Shown here piece by piece: positions 62,250 through 64,000 of a stretch of 64,000 nt of DNA; the stretch's first letter is position 1, and every line of letters begins with the position of its first letter. The position numbers and the translations under genes were made by a program. The notes under the pieces were generated by a model, which saw nothing but the letters and a program-made list of their open reading frames with translations, ran no database searches and had not been told where the DNA came from. Source of the DNA: the human T2T-CHM13v2.0 reference genome, Homo sapiens; the NCBI RefSeq assembly GCF_009914755.1, contig NC_060943.1; one strand, written 5' to 3'.

Positions 62250-64000
62250 GTGTTGAACAATACTCATTCTTCCTATCCATGAGCATGGAATGTTTTTCCA
62301 TTTGTTTGTGTCATCTATGATTTCTTTGACCAGTGTTTTGTAGTTCTCCTTGCAGAGATCTTTCACCTCCCTGGTTAGCTGTATTCCCAGGTATTTTATT
62401 CTTTTTGCAGTAATTGTGAATGGATTCTATTCTTGATTTGGCTCTCAGCTTAGATGTTTTTGGTGTATAGGAATGCTACTGATTTTTATATATTGATTTT
62501 GTATCCTGGAACTTTGCTAAAGTTGTTTATCAGATTAAGAAGTGTTTGGGCAGAGACTGTGGTTTTCTAGGTATAGAATCATATCACCTGCAAACAGGGA
62601 TAGTTTGACTTCCTTTCTTCCTATTTGGATGCCTTTTATTTCTCTCTTGCCTGATTGCTCTAGCTAGGACCTCCAGTACTATGTTGAACAGAAGTAGTGA
62701 GAGACGGCATCCATGTCTTTTGCCAGTTTTCAAGGGGAATACTTCCAGCTTTTGCCCATTCAATATGATGTTGACTGTGAGTTTGTCATACATCATTCTT
62801 ATTATTTTGAAATATGTTTCTTCAATGCCTAGTTTGTCGAGGTTTTTTAGCATAAAGGGATGTTGAATTTTATCAAAAGCTCTATTGAGAGGATTATGTG
62901 TGTGGGGAGGGTTGTTCTATTTATGTGATGAATCATATTTAAGATTTGTGTATATTGGCCGGGCACTGTGGCTCATGCCTGTAATCCCAGCACTTTGGGA
63001 AGCCAAGGCTTGTGGATCATGAGGTCAGGAGATCGACACCATCCTGGCTAACACGGTGAAACCTCGTCTATACTAAAAAACACAAAAAAATTAGCCAGGC
63101 GTGGTGGTGGGCACCTGTAGTCCCAGCTGCTCGGGAGGCTCAGGCAGGAGAATGGCGTGAATCCAGGAGGCGGAGCTTGCAGTGAGCCAAGTTCACGCCA
63201 CTACACTCCAGCCTGGGCAACAGAGCGAGACTCCTATATCGAATCAACCTTGCATCCCAGAAATAAAGCCTACCTGATGGTGGTGGATTAGCTTTCTGAT
63301 GTGCTGCTGGATAGTTTGCTAGTATTTTGTTGAGGATTTTTGCATTTATGTTCAACAAGGATATTGTCCTGAAGTTTTCTGGTTTTGTTGTGTCTCTGCC
63401 ATGTTTTTGCATCAAGATGATGCTGGTCTCATAGAATGAGCTGGGGAGGCATTCCTCCTCCTGAATATTTTTGGAACGTTTCAGTAGGTATAGTACCAGC
63501 TCTTCTTTATATATCAGATGGGATTCAGCTGTGAGTCTGTCTGGTACTGGGCTTTTTCTGGTCTGTAGGATTTTTATTACTGATTCAATTTTGGAGCTCA
63601 TTATTGGTCTGTTCATGTATTCAATTTATTCTTGGTTTGATCTCAGGAGGGTGTATGTGTCCAGGAATTTCTCCATTTATTCTGGATTTTCTAGTTTGTG
63701 TGCATAGAGGTGTTCATAATATTCTCTGATGATTGTATTTCTGTGGGGTGAGTGGTAATATACCCTTTGTTGTTTCTAATTGTGTTTATCCGGATCATCT
63801 CTCTTTTCTTCTTTATTAGTCTAACTAGTCATCTGTCTTACTAATTTTTTCAAAAATTCTACTCCTCGATTTGCTGATCTTCTGAATGCTTTTTCGTGTC
63901 TCAATCTCCTTCAGCTCAGCTCTGATTTTGGTTATTTCTTGTTTCCTATGAGCTTTGGGGTTGATTTCCTCTTGGTTCTCTTAGTTCCTCTTGTTATGAT
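62250..64000 (-). mobile_element. Degenerate L1 ORF2 segment in FCAR intron 2 with an Alu (about 62957-63233, +)
   Basis: Minus-strand [49 protein letters not shown] and [20 protein letters not shown], broken by frameshifts. Confidence 0.85.

Overview
This is human DNA from the leukocyte receptor complex (19q13.4): the telomeric half of a group-A KIR haplotype followed by the start of FCAR, all on the + strand. Gene order is the 3' end of KIR2DL4 (end of exon 8 and exon 9), complete KIR3DL1 (9 exons, 444 aa), complete KIR2DS4 (304 aa, full-length exon 5, open pseudoexon 3), complete KIR3DL2 (455 aa) and FCAR/CD89 leader exons 1-2. Every exon was read by hand with GT/AG boundaries and the spliced frames close. 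The rest is repeats: intron-1 G-rich minisatellites, GATA microsatellites, Alus, MaLR/ERVL LTRs, MER2, old L1s, a 5'-truncated L1PA3-like insertion in KIR3DL2 intron 6 and a U6 retrocopy. The locus is heavily studied and I see no new biological system. The most interesting sequence-level observations are a Leu->Phe change in KIR3DL2 ITIM-2, an apparent 3' transduction on the intronic L1, an LTR-supplied ATG in frame with that L1's RT, a U6 retrocopy and AluY inserted one after the other at the same nick site, a likely fossil junction of the KIR tandem duplication, and 231/57-bp higher-order periodicity in the KIR2DS4 minisatellite. Allele names and repeat subfamilies come from recall and need database confirmation.
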